Both the position numbers and the translations under genes were made by a program. This document shows positions 29,254 through 39,666 of a stretch of 64,000 nucleotides of DNA, one piece after another. Position 1 is the first letter of the stretch; each line of letters starts with the position of its first letter. The notes below the pieces were generated by a model. That model saw only the letters and a program-made list of their open reading frames with translations. It had not been told where the DNA came from and ran no database searches. The DNA comes from Kiritimatiellia bacterium. Lineage in GTDB: Bacteria > Verrucomicrobiota > Kiritimatiellia > CAIVKH01. The DNA lies in contig JAOSKE010000002.1 of assembly GCA_027493775.1 (NCBI GenBank), forward strand, positions 407,435 to 471,434. The letters are read 5' to 3'.

Positions 29254-29285
29254 TTTCTATAAATGCGTAAATAAGGAGAAACACA

Positions 29286-29723
29286 ATGGTATATCCTATC
29301 GCAAGATTAGATTGGTCGCTGGATCCGTTCAACGGGCTTCACAGGCTTCATCGCGATATGAATCGTCTCTTTGCCGGGTTTGCGTCTCCGGCCGAGCGAT
29401 TTCCCGCAATAAACCTTTGGAACTCGGAAGACGGCATGGTGCTGGCTGCCGAAATTCCGGGCGTGGACCCGAAGGATGTCGAGGTATCGGTGCTGGGCAA
29501 CGTGGTCTCGGTGTCGGGTGAGCGCAAAACGGATTCGTCCGTTCCTGCGGATAATTATCACCGCCGCGAGCGCGAGGCCGGAAAGTTCACGCGCTCGATC
29601 CGCCTGCCCTACGAGGTCGAATCAGACAGCGTTCAGGCTCGGTATGAGTTCGGAACACTGCGCGTCACATTGCCGCGCAAGGAGGCAACCAAGCCACGGC
29701 GCATCGCAATCAGCGCGGAATAA
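29286..29723 (+). CDS. Hsp20/alpha-crystallin family small heat-shock protein (1 of 3)
   Basis: Alpha-crystallin domain (WSLDPF...MNRLFAGF...ARYEFGTLRVTLPRKE); perfect AAGGAG 8 nt upstream of the ATG. Confidence 0.9.
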   Translation: MVYPIARLDWSLDPFNGLHRLHRDMNRLFAGFASPAERFPAINLWNSEDGMVLAAEIPGVDPKDVEVSVLGNVVSVSGERKTDSSVPADNYHRREREAGKFTRSIRLPYEVESDSVQARYEFGTLRVTLPRKEATKPRRIAISAE

Positions 29724-29736
29724 GGAGCAACACAAA

Positions 29737-30126
29737 ATGACAACACAGACAGCAGAGCTTCAAACGAAAGAAAATGAGCGGACACGCGATCTCCCGGTTG
29801 CTGTGCCAGCAACGGATATTTACGAGACCGAGAACGGAATCGCACTGTCCGTGGACTTGCCCGGCGTGCGCCAGGAGCAGGTCGAGGTAACGCTTGAAAA
29901 TCGAGTGCTCACGATCAGTGCGCGAAGCGAAGCGGTGGATCCGGCGGGTTACGATGCCGTTCATCGCGATTTCGAGCCGGTCGAATATCGCCGTTCGTTC
30001 ACACTCACGGAGGATGTGGATCGCGCGGCAATCAGCGCACGGCTCAAAAACGGCGTTCTACACCTCGCGCTGCCCAAAGCTGCGGAATCGCAGCCGCGAC
30101 GCATTGAGGTAAAGACGGAACATTAA
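29737..30126 (+). CDS. Hsp20/alpha-crystallin family small heat-shock protein (2 of 3)
   Basis: MTTQTAELQTKENERTRDLPVAVPATDIYETENGIALSVDLPGV...NGVLHLALPK; AAGGAG upstream; 13 nt after the previous stop. Confidence 0.85.
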   Translation: MTTQTAELQTKENERTRDLPVAVPATDIYETENGIALSVDLPGVRQEQVEVTLENRVLTISARSEAVDPAGYDAVHRDFEPVEYRRSFTLTEDVDRAAISARLKNGVLHLALPKAAESQPRRIEVKTEH

Positions 30127-30147
30127 TGAGGAAGGAGGTGATGGAAA

Positions 30148-30663
30148 ATGAAAAAGAACTTGGTTCCATGGCGCAGACGCGCAAGCGACTCCGCGATGGC
30201 GCGGCACGAGGACAATCCTTTCGCCGACTTCCATCGCCAAATGAACCGGCTGTTCGATGACTTCTTCTCGGATTTCGAGGATAGGCCCTTCGGGCTACGG
30301 CTCCCCTCCGCGTTCGAGCGCACCGACACGGCCACGCCCCGCGTGGATGTGTCGGAAACGGACAAAGAGGTGACGGTGAAAGCCGATCTCCCCGGCATCG
30401 CGGAAAAGGATGTTCAAGTCACACTTGATGAAGATGTCCTGATCATTCGCGGGACACGCGAAGATGAGCGGGAAGAAAAGAAGCGGAACTACCACATCGT
30501 GGAACGCCAATACGGCGAATTCCAGCGAAGCGTCCCGCTACCCGGCGGAATTGACGAGGAACACGTAAAGGCCAGCTTTGAAAAAGGCGTGCTGACCGTG
30601 ACCCTGCCGAAACTGCCAGAAGCGCAGTCGAGAAAGAAAACGATTGCGGTGACGAGCGAATAA
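30148..30663 (+). CDS. Hsp20/alpha-crystallin family small heat-shock protein (3 of 3)
   Basis: ...FADFHRQMNRLFDDFF...VKADLPGIAEKDVQVTLDEDVLIIRG...KGVLTVTLPK; GGAAGGAGG upstream. Confidence 0.9.
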   Translation: MKKNLVPWRRRASDSAMARHEDNPFADFHRQMNRLFDDFFSDFEDRPFGLRLPSAFERTDTATPRVDVSETDKEVTVKADLPGIAEKDVQVTLDEDVLIIRGTREDEREEKKRNYHIVERQYGEFQRSVPLPGGIDEEHVKASFEKGVLTVTLPKLPEAQSRKKTIAVTSE

Positions 30664-30668
30664 ACATC

Positions 30669-30704
30669 GAGGGCGCGGCGCCCGCCGCGCCCTCTCTATT
30701 TATT
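30669..30704 (+). terminator. rho-independent terminator after the hsp20 operon
   Basis: GAGGGCGCGGC-gccc-GCCGCGCCCTC (11-bp GC-rich stem) followed by TCTATTTATT, between convergent hsp20 and alaS. Confidence 0.6.
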
Positions 30705-33385
30705 CCAAAAGTTTTTCAGCAGCAGCAAGCGCGGCGTCCAGCTTTGACGCATCCTTGCCGCCGCCTCGCGCGAAGTCAGGTTTGCCACCGCCACGTCCAC
30801 CGACAATCGGAGCAATCGTTTGAATAATTTTTCCCGCCTGCGCCTGCTTTGTGTAATCCGCAGAAACAGAGGCCAGGAGCGCGACCGCGCCAGCGCTCGC
30901 CGCGCCCAATACGACGACCCCCGCAAAACGCGATTTGAGATGATCCGCAATCGCGCCCATGGTATCGCCGTCCACTTCGCCAAGATTCGCGACAATCGTC
31001 GGACGGCCGCCGCGCGTGACCGCCTGCGCGCACAACGCTTCGGCTCGCTCCGCGGCTTGCTTCAAATGAAACGACTTCAATTGTTTTTCCAACGCCTTCT
31101 GATGCGCAAACAACGCCTCAACACGTTTCTCCATTTCGGCGGGCGCAGAATTCAGCGCAGCGGCGGTGCGCTTCAATTGGTGTAGATCATCGGCGACAGA
31201 CTGCCAACCGGATAAACCGGCAACGGCTTCAATGCGACGAATCCCCGCAGCAATTCCGCCCTCGCCGACAATCCGGAACAAACCGATTTCACCGGTCGCG
31301 CGTGTATGCGTTCCGCCGCACAGCTCCATCGAATAGCCGTTCAGCTCGCCCGGTGCGCCACCGATCTGCACAACGCGCACAACATCGCCGTATTTATCGC
31401 CAAAGAAGTGCATGACATCGGGGCGCGCCTTCACATCGGCATACGCGGTTTCCCGCCAACTCACCGGCGCGTTCTCGACAATTCGCTCGTTGACCAATCG
31501 CTCAATATCCGCCACCTGCGACGGCGTCAGCGCAGCGCTGTTGAAGTCGAACGTGAGCTTGTCCGGGCCGACATACGATCCCTTCTGACTCGCATCTGGA
31601 CTGACCACTTCGTGGAGCGCCCAGTGAAAAATATGCGTTGCGGTATGATGCCGTTGAATCGCATTACGCCGCGACATATCCACGGAAATAGAAATTTCGG
31701 CCCCTGCTTCCGGAGACTCGCCGCCGTCAACAAAGTGAAGCCAGGCATCTCCCGCCTTTTGCGTATCAACAATGCGCCAAAGCCGACTGCCTAATCGAAT
31801 CTGCCCCGTGTCGCCGACCTGTCCGCCCATCTCGGCATAGCACGGGCTCTGATCGAGAATAACCGCAACGCGGCCTTTCACATCGAGCACATCCTCCACC
31901 CGCGCCGACGCTTCAAAATGGTCGTAACCGACGAAGTCTGTTTTCACTTCGCTCGCAATATCGGCCACCTCAATCACGGTCTTTTTCTGCGCGGCGCGCG
32001 CACGGGCGCGTTGCTCCTCCATATGCTTTTCAAAACCGATATGGTCCACGCCCAACCCCTGCTCGCGCGCCATCAACTCGGTCAGATCGAGCGGAAAACC
32101 GTAGGTGTCATACAGCTTGAACGCGAATGCGCCATCCAACGATTCCCCACGCGCAAGGCGGTCCGCACGTTCATGAAACAACTCAATGCCGCGATCAAGG
32201 GTCCGATTGAACGCCTCCTCTTCCACGCGAATCGTTTCCTGTACGGCTTTTCTGTGCACGCGAATTTCGGGGAATACATCGCCCATTGTTTCGGCGAGAA
32301 CATCCACCAACTTGAAAAAGAAAGGCTCGCCAAATCCGAGCGCACGGCCGTAGCGGACGGCGCGGCGCAGGATCCGACGTAGCACGTAATGGCGATCCGT
32401 ATTACCCGGTTGAATTCCATCGGCAATGGCAAAACTTAACGCGCGGATATGGTCGGCAATCACGCGAAACGCAACGTCCACCTTCTCCTGCTCCGTCTCG
32501 CCCGCGCTGCCCGTCGCAGGAAGCGTCGAGCCATAGTTTTTTCCGCTCAAGCGTTGCAGCGCATCGAAAATCGGGCGGAACACATCCGACTCGTAGTTGG
32601 ATACCATCCGGCTGAAGTCGGTGAAATTTTTTGTGCATTGCATGATTCCCGCAACGCGCTCAAAGCCCATCCCGGTATCCACATGCTTTGCCGGGAGCGG
32701 ACTGAAAGAACCGTCCGCATCGGCATTGAACTGAATGAACACGAGATTCCAAATCTCAATACACTCCGCAGAACCCTTGTTCACCAATGCACCACGCGTG
32801 TCGCCAGCGGGGGTCAGATCAATATGAATTTCCGAGCATGGCCCGCAAGGCCCCGTGTCGCCCATCATCCAGAAGTTGTCCTTCTTGTTGCCGTTGACGA
32901 TGTGTTCCCCGGGATCAAGTCCGGCGCTCGTGAAAACTGCAGCCCATTGATCGTACGCTTCTTGATCAAATTCCGACGGATCACCCGCGCTCTTGTCCGG
33001 ACTGTACACCGTCGCGTAGAGGCGCTCGGCAGGAAATTTCCAGACCTTCGTCAGCAATTCCCACGCCCACTCGATCGCCTCCTTCTTGAAGTAATCGCCG
33101 AACGACCAGTTGCCGAGCATCTCGAAAAAGGTGTGGTGATAGGTATCGAGTCCGACATCCTCTAAATCGTTGTGCTTACCGCCGGCGCGAATGCACTTTT
33201 GCGTATCGGCCGCGCGACCGGGATGATACGGACACGACTGCTGGCCGAGAAAGATCGGTACAAACTGATTCATTCCCGCGTTCGTGAACAATAGATTCGG
33301 CGAATCCGGCATCAGGCTCGACGACGGCACGATGGTGTGTTGCTTCGACTTGAAAAAGTCGAGGTACGACTGACGAATTTGGCTG
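30700..33385 (-). CDS. alaS: alanine--tRNA ligase
   Basis: Class II aaRS AlaS motifs across ~894 aa (FTNAGMNQF, catalytic core, editing domain HTATH...CGGTH, C-terminal DHHA1-like). Start at tandem ATG 33385/33382 (MMTSSQIRQ); the ORF track start 33519 adds an implausible extension. Confidence 0.9.
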
Positions 33386-33564
33386 GAAGTCATCATAAAA
33401 CTCTTCAAAAGAAGGCGAAACGATAGGCAAACGCGGCCCGCAAGACCAGCGGAAGTTTGGGGGCGGCGCAAATGCCGGAATAACGCTAAAAACTTGCCGT
33501 ACATCCGCACACCAAGCACACTTCGCCCCAGATTTTATTTGTAAAAGGGTGATAAGAACCATTT

Positions 33565-33611
33565 TTCCAAGGGTTGGAAGTCCCGCAAAGGGTCTTTTCC
33601 AACCCTTGGAA
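33565..33611. promoter_or_regulatory. pair of 15-bp palindromic sites TTCCAA-N3-TTGGAA (candidate operator) upstream of proB
   Basis: TTCCAAGGGTTGGAA (33565-33579) and TTCCAACCCTTGGAA (33597-33611), exact reverse complements, centres 32 bp apart, ending 21 nt before the proB ATG. Confidence 0.55.
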
Positions 33612-33631
33612 GTTTCTGATAGAGTGGCGCC

Positions 33632-34774
33632 ATGGCTGTCGAAAAATCCATTCGAACTCGTCTGACGAAGGCCCAGCGGATCATCGTAAAGATCGGAAGT
33701 CGCGTGATTGTTCAGCGCACGGGCCGCCCCGACCGGCGACGTATGCGCGAATTGGTCCGTCAGCTCGCTGCTCTTCACAAAGAAGGGCGCGAAGTCGTCG
33801 TGGTCTCTTCGGGCGCGATTGGGAGCGGAATCGAAGCGTTGGGCTGGCGCAAAAAACCCACGACGTTGAAGCTGCTCCAAATGGCGGCAGCGGTGGGACA
33901 ATCGCGATTGATGGCGGAATACGACGAACTCTTTGCCGCGCACGATATTCGGATCGGTCAGATTTTGCTGACGCACGAAGACCTACGCCACCGCACACGG
34001 CACCTCAATGCGTCGGCAACGATCACCACACTGTTGGAACATCGCGTCATTCCGATCATTAACGAAAACGACGTGGTTGCAATTGATGAGATAAAATTCG
34101 GCGACAACGATTTACTCGCGGCATTGACCAGCCTGCTGATTCAGGCCGACGCGCTGGTTCTCCTGAGCACCGTGGACGGATTTCGCGCACCCGCCGGAAA
34201 AGGCCGCACCCGCCGCGTTCCCACACTGGCCGGGGTTGGGGAAAAAGAACTGGCGCTTGCGCTGGGCAAAGGCAGCGCGCTCTCCACCGGAGGGATGGCG
34301 AGCAAGCTTCAATCCGCAGGGATGGTCGCCGAAAACGGAATTCCTGTTGTCATTGCCAACGGGCGTTCCGACGGCGTGCTTGAGCAAATTTTGGCAGGAG
34401 CGGATATTGGAACGTTGATTAAGGCAAACGTGTCGCCCAGCGCTCTCTCGCGCCGAGAGCGCTGGATCACACTATTCCACCGCCCTGAAGGCGCGTTGGT
34501 CGTGGACAACGGCGCACGCGTCGCGCTACTCGAAAAAGGCCGCAGTTTGCTGCCGGTCGGCATTCGCGAGGTGGAGGGCCATTTTGAAGCTGGCGCCGTG
34601 GTCAGTATTAAGGCGCTGGACGGTGCAGAAATTGGGCGGGGACTGTGTACCTTTTCCAGCACAGAAATGCGCCTGATGAAAGGTCGGCACTCCAAAGAGC
34701 TGGAGGCGATTCCCGGACATACCGAAGCGCCCGAAGCGGTCCATCGCGACAACCTTGTTTTTCGTAAGAAATAG
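33632..34774 (+). CDS. proB: glutamate 5-kinase with C-terminal PUA domain
   Basis: ...RIIVKIGSRVI...VVVVSSGAIG...INENDVVAIDEIKFGDNDLLAA... plus PUA domain. Confidence 0.9.
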   Translation: MAVEKSIRTRLTKAQRIIVKIGSRVIVQRTGRPDRRRMRELVRQLAALHKEGREVVVVSSGAIGSGIEALGWRKKPTTLKLLQMAAAVGQSRLMAEYDELFAAHDIRIGQILLTHEDLRHRTRHLNASATITTLLEHRVIPIINENDVVAIDEIKFGDNDLLAALTSLLIQADALVLLSTVDGFRAPAGKGRTRRVPTLAGVGEKELALALGKGSALSTGGMASKLQSAGMVAENGIPVVIANGRSDGVLEQILAGADIGTLIKANVSPSALSRRERWITLFHRPEGALVVDNGARVALLEKGRSLLPVGIREVEGHFEAGAVVSIKALDGAEIGRGLCTFSSTEMRLMKGRHSKELEAIPGHTEAPEAVHRDNLVFRKK

Positions 34775-34886
34775 ACCGAAACTGTCCGTGTTGCGCGAGA
34801 GGGAATTTTTCGTTTTTAACGGTTTTCATCCGTAATTTTTGCTACTCTCGCAAAGGAACCACGCGTGTACACCAGCGAGGCAAGTT

Positions 34887-36143
34887 ATGAATCTACATGA
34901 AGAAATGATGGCAATGGCAGACCGGGCAGTCGTCGCATCACGCGCGATGGCGCAGTTGTCATGCCGTCGCAAGAACACGATTCTTGAAGCGATGGCCGAC
35001 GAGCTGGACAAGCGGCGCGATTCGCTGAAAGAGGCCAACGCGCTCGATATGGACGCGGGCAAGGCAGCCGGTCTCTCGGCTGCAATGCTGGATCGCCTTC
35101 TCCTCACCGACGGGCGAATTGACGGAATGATCAAGGGCATCCGCGATGTCGTCGCGCTGAAGGACCCGGTCGGAGAGAAGATCAGCAAATGGCTTCGTCC
35201 AAACGGCCTTGAGATCATCAAAGTTCGCGTGCCGATCGGCGTCATTGCGATCATCTACGAATCGCGCCCGAATGTGACGGCGGACTCCTCCATCCTCTGC
35301 ATCAAAACCGGTAACGCTGTGATTTTGCGCGGCGGCAAGGAAGCGCTGCACTCCAACAAGGCGATTGCAGAGGCGCTGCAAGAGGGCGGCAAAGAAAAAG
35401 GACTTCCCGACAACGCGCTGCAAATCGTCGGAACGACTGACCGCGAAGCCATTCGCGAACTGGTTCAGATGGACGGGCGCGTGGACCTCGCAATTCCGCG
35501 CGGCGGCGAAGGTCTAATTCGCGCGGTAACGGAACACGCGCGCATTCCCGTCATCAAGCATTACAAAGGCGTTTGCTACATCCACGTGGATAAATCGGCG
35601 GACACCCAGATGGCGCTGCAAATCATCGAAAATGCAAAAGTGCAACGTCCCGGCGTCTGCAACGCGGTCGAGCACGTCCTGGTGGATGAAGCGATTGCAA
35701 AGAACTTCATTCCCGACCTCGTGAAGACACTTCGCAAGGACAGCGTAGAGCTGCGCGGCGACGAATCCGCGCGCGCAATTGTCGGCGACTTGATCCCCGC
35801 AACTGACGCGGACTGGGATACAGAATATCTCGATCTCAAAATGGGTATTAAAGTCGTGCCCGATTTACATTCCGCGATTGAACACATCAATAAACACGGC
35901 TCGCATCACTCCGATGCAATCGTGGCAACCGATCCAACCGCGTTAAAAGAATTCACCGAGCAAGTGGACTCCGCAACCGTGTACGCGAACGCCTCCACCC
36001 GCTTCACCGACGGCGCGGAATTCGGCCTCGGCGCAGAAATCGGCATCAGCACCGACAAGCTGCACGCGCGCGGGCCGATGGGCTTGGAAGAACTGACCAC
36101 CTACAAATATGTGATTCAGGGCACGGGCCAAATTCGCCCGTAG
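34887..36143 (+). CDS. proA: glutamate-5-semialdehyde dehydrogenase
   Basis: Gamma-glutamyl phosphate reductase pattern (IYESRPNVT, catalytic Cys in PGVCNAVEH). Start at ATG 34887 with GAGG upstream. Confidence 0.9.
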   Translation: MNLHEEMMAMADRAVVASRAMAQLSCRRKNTILEAMADELDKRRDSLKEANALDMDAGKAAGLSAAMLDRLLLTDGRIDGMIKGIRDVVALKDPVGEKISKWLRPNGLEIIKVRVPIGVIAIIYESRPNVTADSSILCIKTGNAVILRGGKEALHSNKAIAEALQEGGKEKGLPDNALQIVGTTDREAIRELVQMDGRVDLAIPRGGEGLIRAVTEHARIPVIKHYKGVCYIHVDKSADTQMALQIIENAKVQRPGVCNAVEHVLVDEAIAKNFIPDLVKTLRKDSVELRGDESARAIVGDLIPATDADWDTEYLDLKMGIKVVPDLHSAIEHINKHGSHHSDAIVATDPTALKEFTEQVDSATVYANASTRFTDGAEFGLGAEIGISTDKLHARGPMGLEELTTYKYVIQGTGQIRP

Positions 36144-36176
36144 CAACAAGCGCGACTGTGTTGTCGCCTGTTCAAA

Positions 36177-36611
36177 TTATCTTTGCGACGACGCCCCGGC
36201 TTTTCCGCGAAAATCCACAGGGGCGTCGGCGAGGCGGCGGGCGGTGTAGTCGAAGAAAACGAAGCCGGTTGTGGCTCGGGCGACCTCGTTTCCACCTTTG
36301 CTCACGAGATACACCAACTCAAAGCCGCGGCGGCTCCATTCGGCGACTGCGATTTGTACGCGCGCGATGTCACCGTAGATCAACTCGGTTTTGAAGCGCA
36401 CGGCGAGGTCCACAAGAATCAAACCAACCGGCTCAACCAGAAGTTCGGAGGGATACCCCATCCCACGCAGCCACTGAACGCGGGCCTCCTGTAAAAGCGA
36501 AAGCATGGTGTCGTTGCCGACATGGCGACCGTAGTTTAGATCGGTGATGCGGACGGGGATTTCTGTGGAAAATAGCCAGTTCTCAGGAAGCTCAATTTTC
36601 TGGCGGGGCAT
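36177..36611 (-). CDS. acyl-CoA thioesterase (hotdog fold, YbgC/4HBT-like)
   Basis: 144-aa hotdog-fold pattern (...RITDLNYGRHVGNDTMLSLLQEAR...). Confidence 0.65.
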   Translation of the reverse strand: MPRQKIELPENWLFSTEIPVRITDLNYGRHVGNDTMLSLLQEARVQWLRGMGYPSELLVEPVGLILVDLAVRFKTELIYGDIARVQIAVAEWSRRGFELVYLVSKGGNEVARATTGFVFFDYTARRLADAPVDFRGKAGASSQR

Positions 36612-36667
36612 AATGAATTCTCCAAGACAACCCCTCCCTCAAGACGCAGATTGCGCCGGAAAGGGAG

Positions 36668-36744
36668 TGGCGGGAGCGACGGGACTCGAACCCGCAACCT
36701 CTGCCGTGACAGGGCAGCGCTCTAACCAGTTGAGCTACGCCCCC
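36668..36744 (-). tRNA. tRNA-Asp (anticodon GTC)
   Basis: Reverse complement GGGGGCGTAGCTCAACTGGTTAGAGCGCTGCCCTGTCACGGCAGAGGTTGCGGGTTCGAGTCCCGTCGCTCCCGCCA folds as a cloverleaf: 7-bp acceptor stem, anticodon loop CUGUCAC (GUC), T-loop TTCGAGT, encoded CCA. Confidence 0.9.
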
Positions 36745-36820
36745 GCCTGAAAGAGAACACGAAGAATAGGTTAATTCTGCTGCAGTTCAAGCCCGATTTC
36801 GAGGCTCGCCAATAAATCTA

Positions 36821-38041
36821 TCAGCCGAGCGGATGAACAAACAAGCCGGAACGGAGCTTCGGCTCAAACCACGTGCTTTTCGGCGGCATAATTTGACCCG
36901 CATCCGCAATGGCGATCAGTTGATCCACCGTCGTTGGATGCAGCGAAAAACCGACCACGGCCTCGCCTGCGTCCACGCGCTGTTTCACTTCCTCTGCGCT
37001 GTGAACGCCGCCGATATAATCAATGCGCGTGTTGTTGCGCGGATCAGTGATCCCTAACACGGGGCCGAGCAAACGATCCTGCAAAACAGAAACATCGAGC
37101 GCGGAAACCGGGTCCGCGCTCGCATCCGGCTGCCAACTCAACGCGTACCAACGTCCGCCAAGATACATCTGTACACTACCCGGCGCGGCAGGGCGCACAT
37201 CCGATGTATCGCCAACCGCAAATCGTTCGCGAACGGTCGCAAGAAACGCCTCAGGTGTAAGCCCGTTCAAATCGTGGAGAATTCGATTGTAGGCAAAGAC
37301 GTGCAACTGCGTGGCCGGGAAAATTACCGCCATCACCCAGTTGTACCCCTCGTCGCCAGTGTGATGCGGGTTTCCCGCCCTCTTCTCGCGGCCCGCCCGC
37401 GCAGCGGCGGCGGAGCGATGGTGCCCATCGGCGACGTACATTTCAGGCACGGGCTCAAATGCGTGACGGAGCTCACTCGCATTCGGAACATTCCAAATCT
37501 CGTGACGAATTCCATCGTTAGCTCGAAAATCAATGGCCGCAGGTCGCCGAATAATATCGTTCACCAACTGATCAATCGCAGGCTGGTCTTTATACATCAG
37601 ATAGATCGGCCCGGTCTGGGCACCGACCTGCAGGACGTGTTGTGTGCGATCATCTTCCGTCGGCTTCTTCGTTTTCTCGTGTTTCTTGATCGGATCCGCG
37701 TAGTAGTCATCCACATGGCAGCCGCCTACGATGCCGACCTGCGAGTGCGCGCCCATCGTGATGCGATAGACAAACAGCGCGGGCGCGGGGAGTCGCTTCA
37801 AATCACCTGCGGCGAGCAGACGCTCCAAATTTGCCCGCGCGGTTTTGTGATGAATTCCGCTCGCAGCGTCAAAATTTACAGGCAAGTCCACTTCCGGACG
37901 TTCGACGTGCAAAAAGCTCGATGGATTTTGCTGCGCCTCGCGGCGCGCGTCTTCCAACTGCCCGACGTCATACGGCAAACTCGCGACGGCGGCGGCCCGA
38001 TCCGGGGGCGGCTGTAAAACTGAAATGGGGTGAACACGCAT
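36821..38041 (-). CDS. DUF1015-family protein
   Basis: ~407 aa; N-terminal ...PPYDV...SFLHV pattern typical of DUF1015. Start at ATG 38041 preceded by GAGAGGAAA. Confidence 0.65.
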   Translation of the reverse strand: MRVHPISVLQPPPDRAAAVASLPYDVGQLEDARREAQQNPSSFLHVERPEVDLPVNFDAASGIHHKTARANLERLLAAGDLKRLPAPALFVYRITMGAHSQVGIVGGCHVDDYYADPIKKHEKTKKPTEDDRTQHVLQVGAQTGPIYLMYKDQPAIDQLVNDIIRRPAAIDFRANDGIRHEIWNVPNASELRHAFEPVPEMYVADGHHRSAAAARAGREKRAGNPHHTGDEGYNWVMAVIFPATQLHVFAYNRILHDLNGLTPEAFLATVRERFAVGDTSDVRPAAPGSVQMYLGGRWYALSWQPDASADPVSALDVSVLQDRLLGPVLGITDPRNNTRIDYIGGVHSAEEVKQRVDAGEAVVGFSLHPTTVDQLIAIADAGQIMPPKSTWFEPKLRSGLFVHPLG

Positions 38042-38163
38042 TGTGTTTCCTCTCTCTAAAAATAGGTTGAACGTCGGGTGTAGCACGGGAACAGAGAGGT
38101 GTCACGGAGTTTGCAGAATCAGCCGCCTTGCCACGCCGCGAAGCAACTGCCTATAGTCGCGTG

Positions 38164-39226
38164 ATGAATAAAATCAACTGGGCCACACTTGCGATTTCCG
38201 CACTTTTCGCGATGCCCGCTCACTCCGCAAACTCCGGAAGAATTCCGATGAACCCCCTCCCCCCTCCCCCTCCACAGCCATACCAACGCCCTGCTCCTGC
38301 AAAACAGAACCATCGAAGTCGCAATTTTTCCGACAATCGGTCGGATTGGCCTTCTGAACTTTCGCGGTGAGTCGAATGTGCTTCGCTTCGATAGCAGTCT
38401 CGCGGAATCATCCGCAGCTCCACTCACACAATCGCCGGCGGACTGGCGCAATTTCGGTGGCGACTGGGTTTGGCCGGTCTCGCAAGCGCGGTGGCCTGAT
38501 TATTTCGGCGCAAATTGGCCGCCACCGTGGTTGTTGGACGGACCGGCCTGGAGCGCGAATGGATGGGTCAACAACGATCAGTCACAAACCGTTCTGATGA
38601 AGATTGAAATCGGCGAGCCGGTGAACATCATCGTTGAGCGCAAGATCACACTGCCCGCCGATTCCACCACGCTTACGATTCAACAGCGCATCGTGCGCAC
38701 GGCGCCTTCAGCCATCCCCGTCACACTCTGGAACATCAGCCAGCTCGTCGGCGCTCAGCGCGTCGCTCTGGCGACGGATTCAAACAGCGCCTTCACCAAC
38801 GGCTATCGCGTGTTGGATTTTTCGCCGCCGTCGCCGGAGATTATGGATACGGAGACGGCGGAGGTACTCGTCCTAAATGTGAAGAGTGTGGACGAGATTA
38901 AAATCGGCAGCGATTCACCGCGTGGCTGGATTGCCGCGCAGCGCGGGGACACGGTGATCATCGAAAAAGCGCAAGGTCGCGCAGACGCCACGGAATTTCC
39001 TGATGGTGGCTGCCGGACAGAGCTGTATTCCAATAGCGGCCTCGGCTACAGCGAAATTGAGACACTGAGCGAAGAGATCAACTTGGCCGAAGGGCAGTCC
39101 GTTCAAAACACGTTAACCGTCTCGCTCTATCACGTTCCCGCGAATTTGAACGATGAGGAATTTGCCACACGCATTCGCGAATTGCTCGGCGAGCAAGTTG
39201 CGTCGAGCGTGGAAGTCACTGAATAA
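38164..39226 (+). CDS. hypothetical secreted protein; possibly frameshifted between signal-peptide ORF and main ORF
   Basis: ORF 38128-38370 encodes a signal peptide (MNKINWATLAISALFAMPAHSA) plus a Pro-rich stretch; ORF 38378-39226 (GTG start, no signal peptide) follows in another frame. A C-rich tract at 38250-38280 could hide an indel. The merged model is tentative. Confidence 0.4.
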
Positions 39227-39235
39227 ATTCGCGCG

Positions 39236-39631
39236 CTACTCCAGGCGCGCAAGCGCAAACGCGGCGGCGGACGCGGCGAAAACCGCATAGTCGAACACCG
39301 GCTTCAAACCGACGGTGTAGCTCATGGACAGGGCAAACATTAGAAGCAATGCGCCACTCGCTATCGCTGTCCATTTCAACTTGTAGCCGATTAGCAACGC
39401 GATCCCCAAAAGCAATTCGGCGACAGTGGCAATCCAGCCGAGCGCGGGAATCAATGCCGCAGGGCACCACGGGTTGAGGGTTTGCGTGTACGTCAAAAAT
39501 GCGTCCATCGTGTGCCAAACCGATACCTTTTCGGGCCAAAAGCCAAAACGGTCTGCAACGGCTGAAAGAAACCCTGCGGCAATCGCAAGGCGCAAATAAA
39601 TTTTTACAGTTTTGTTGCTCAACTCACTCAC
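39236..39631 (-). CDS. DoxX-family membrane protein
   Basis: 131 aa with 3-4 predicted TM helices; GTG start adjacent to AAGGAG. Confidence 0.6.
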   Translation of the reverse strand: MSELSNKTVKIYLRLAIAAGFLSAVADRFGFWPEKVSVWHTMDAFLTYTQTLNPWCPAALIPALGWIATVAELLLGIALLIGYKLKWTAIASGALLLMFALSMSYTVGLKPVFDYAVFAASAAAFALARLE

Positions 39632-39666
39632 TCCTTTTAAGTAGGACGCTGCAAACGGCGACTTCC

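Noticed and set aside
33574-33631. N-terminal part of ORF 33574-34062 (MEVPQRVFSNPWKF...)
   Set aside because: Starts inside the palindromic operator and overlaps proB out of frame; artefact of reading through the TTCCAA-N3-TTGGAA motif.
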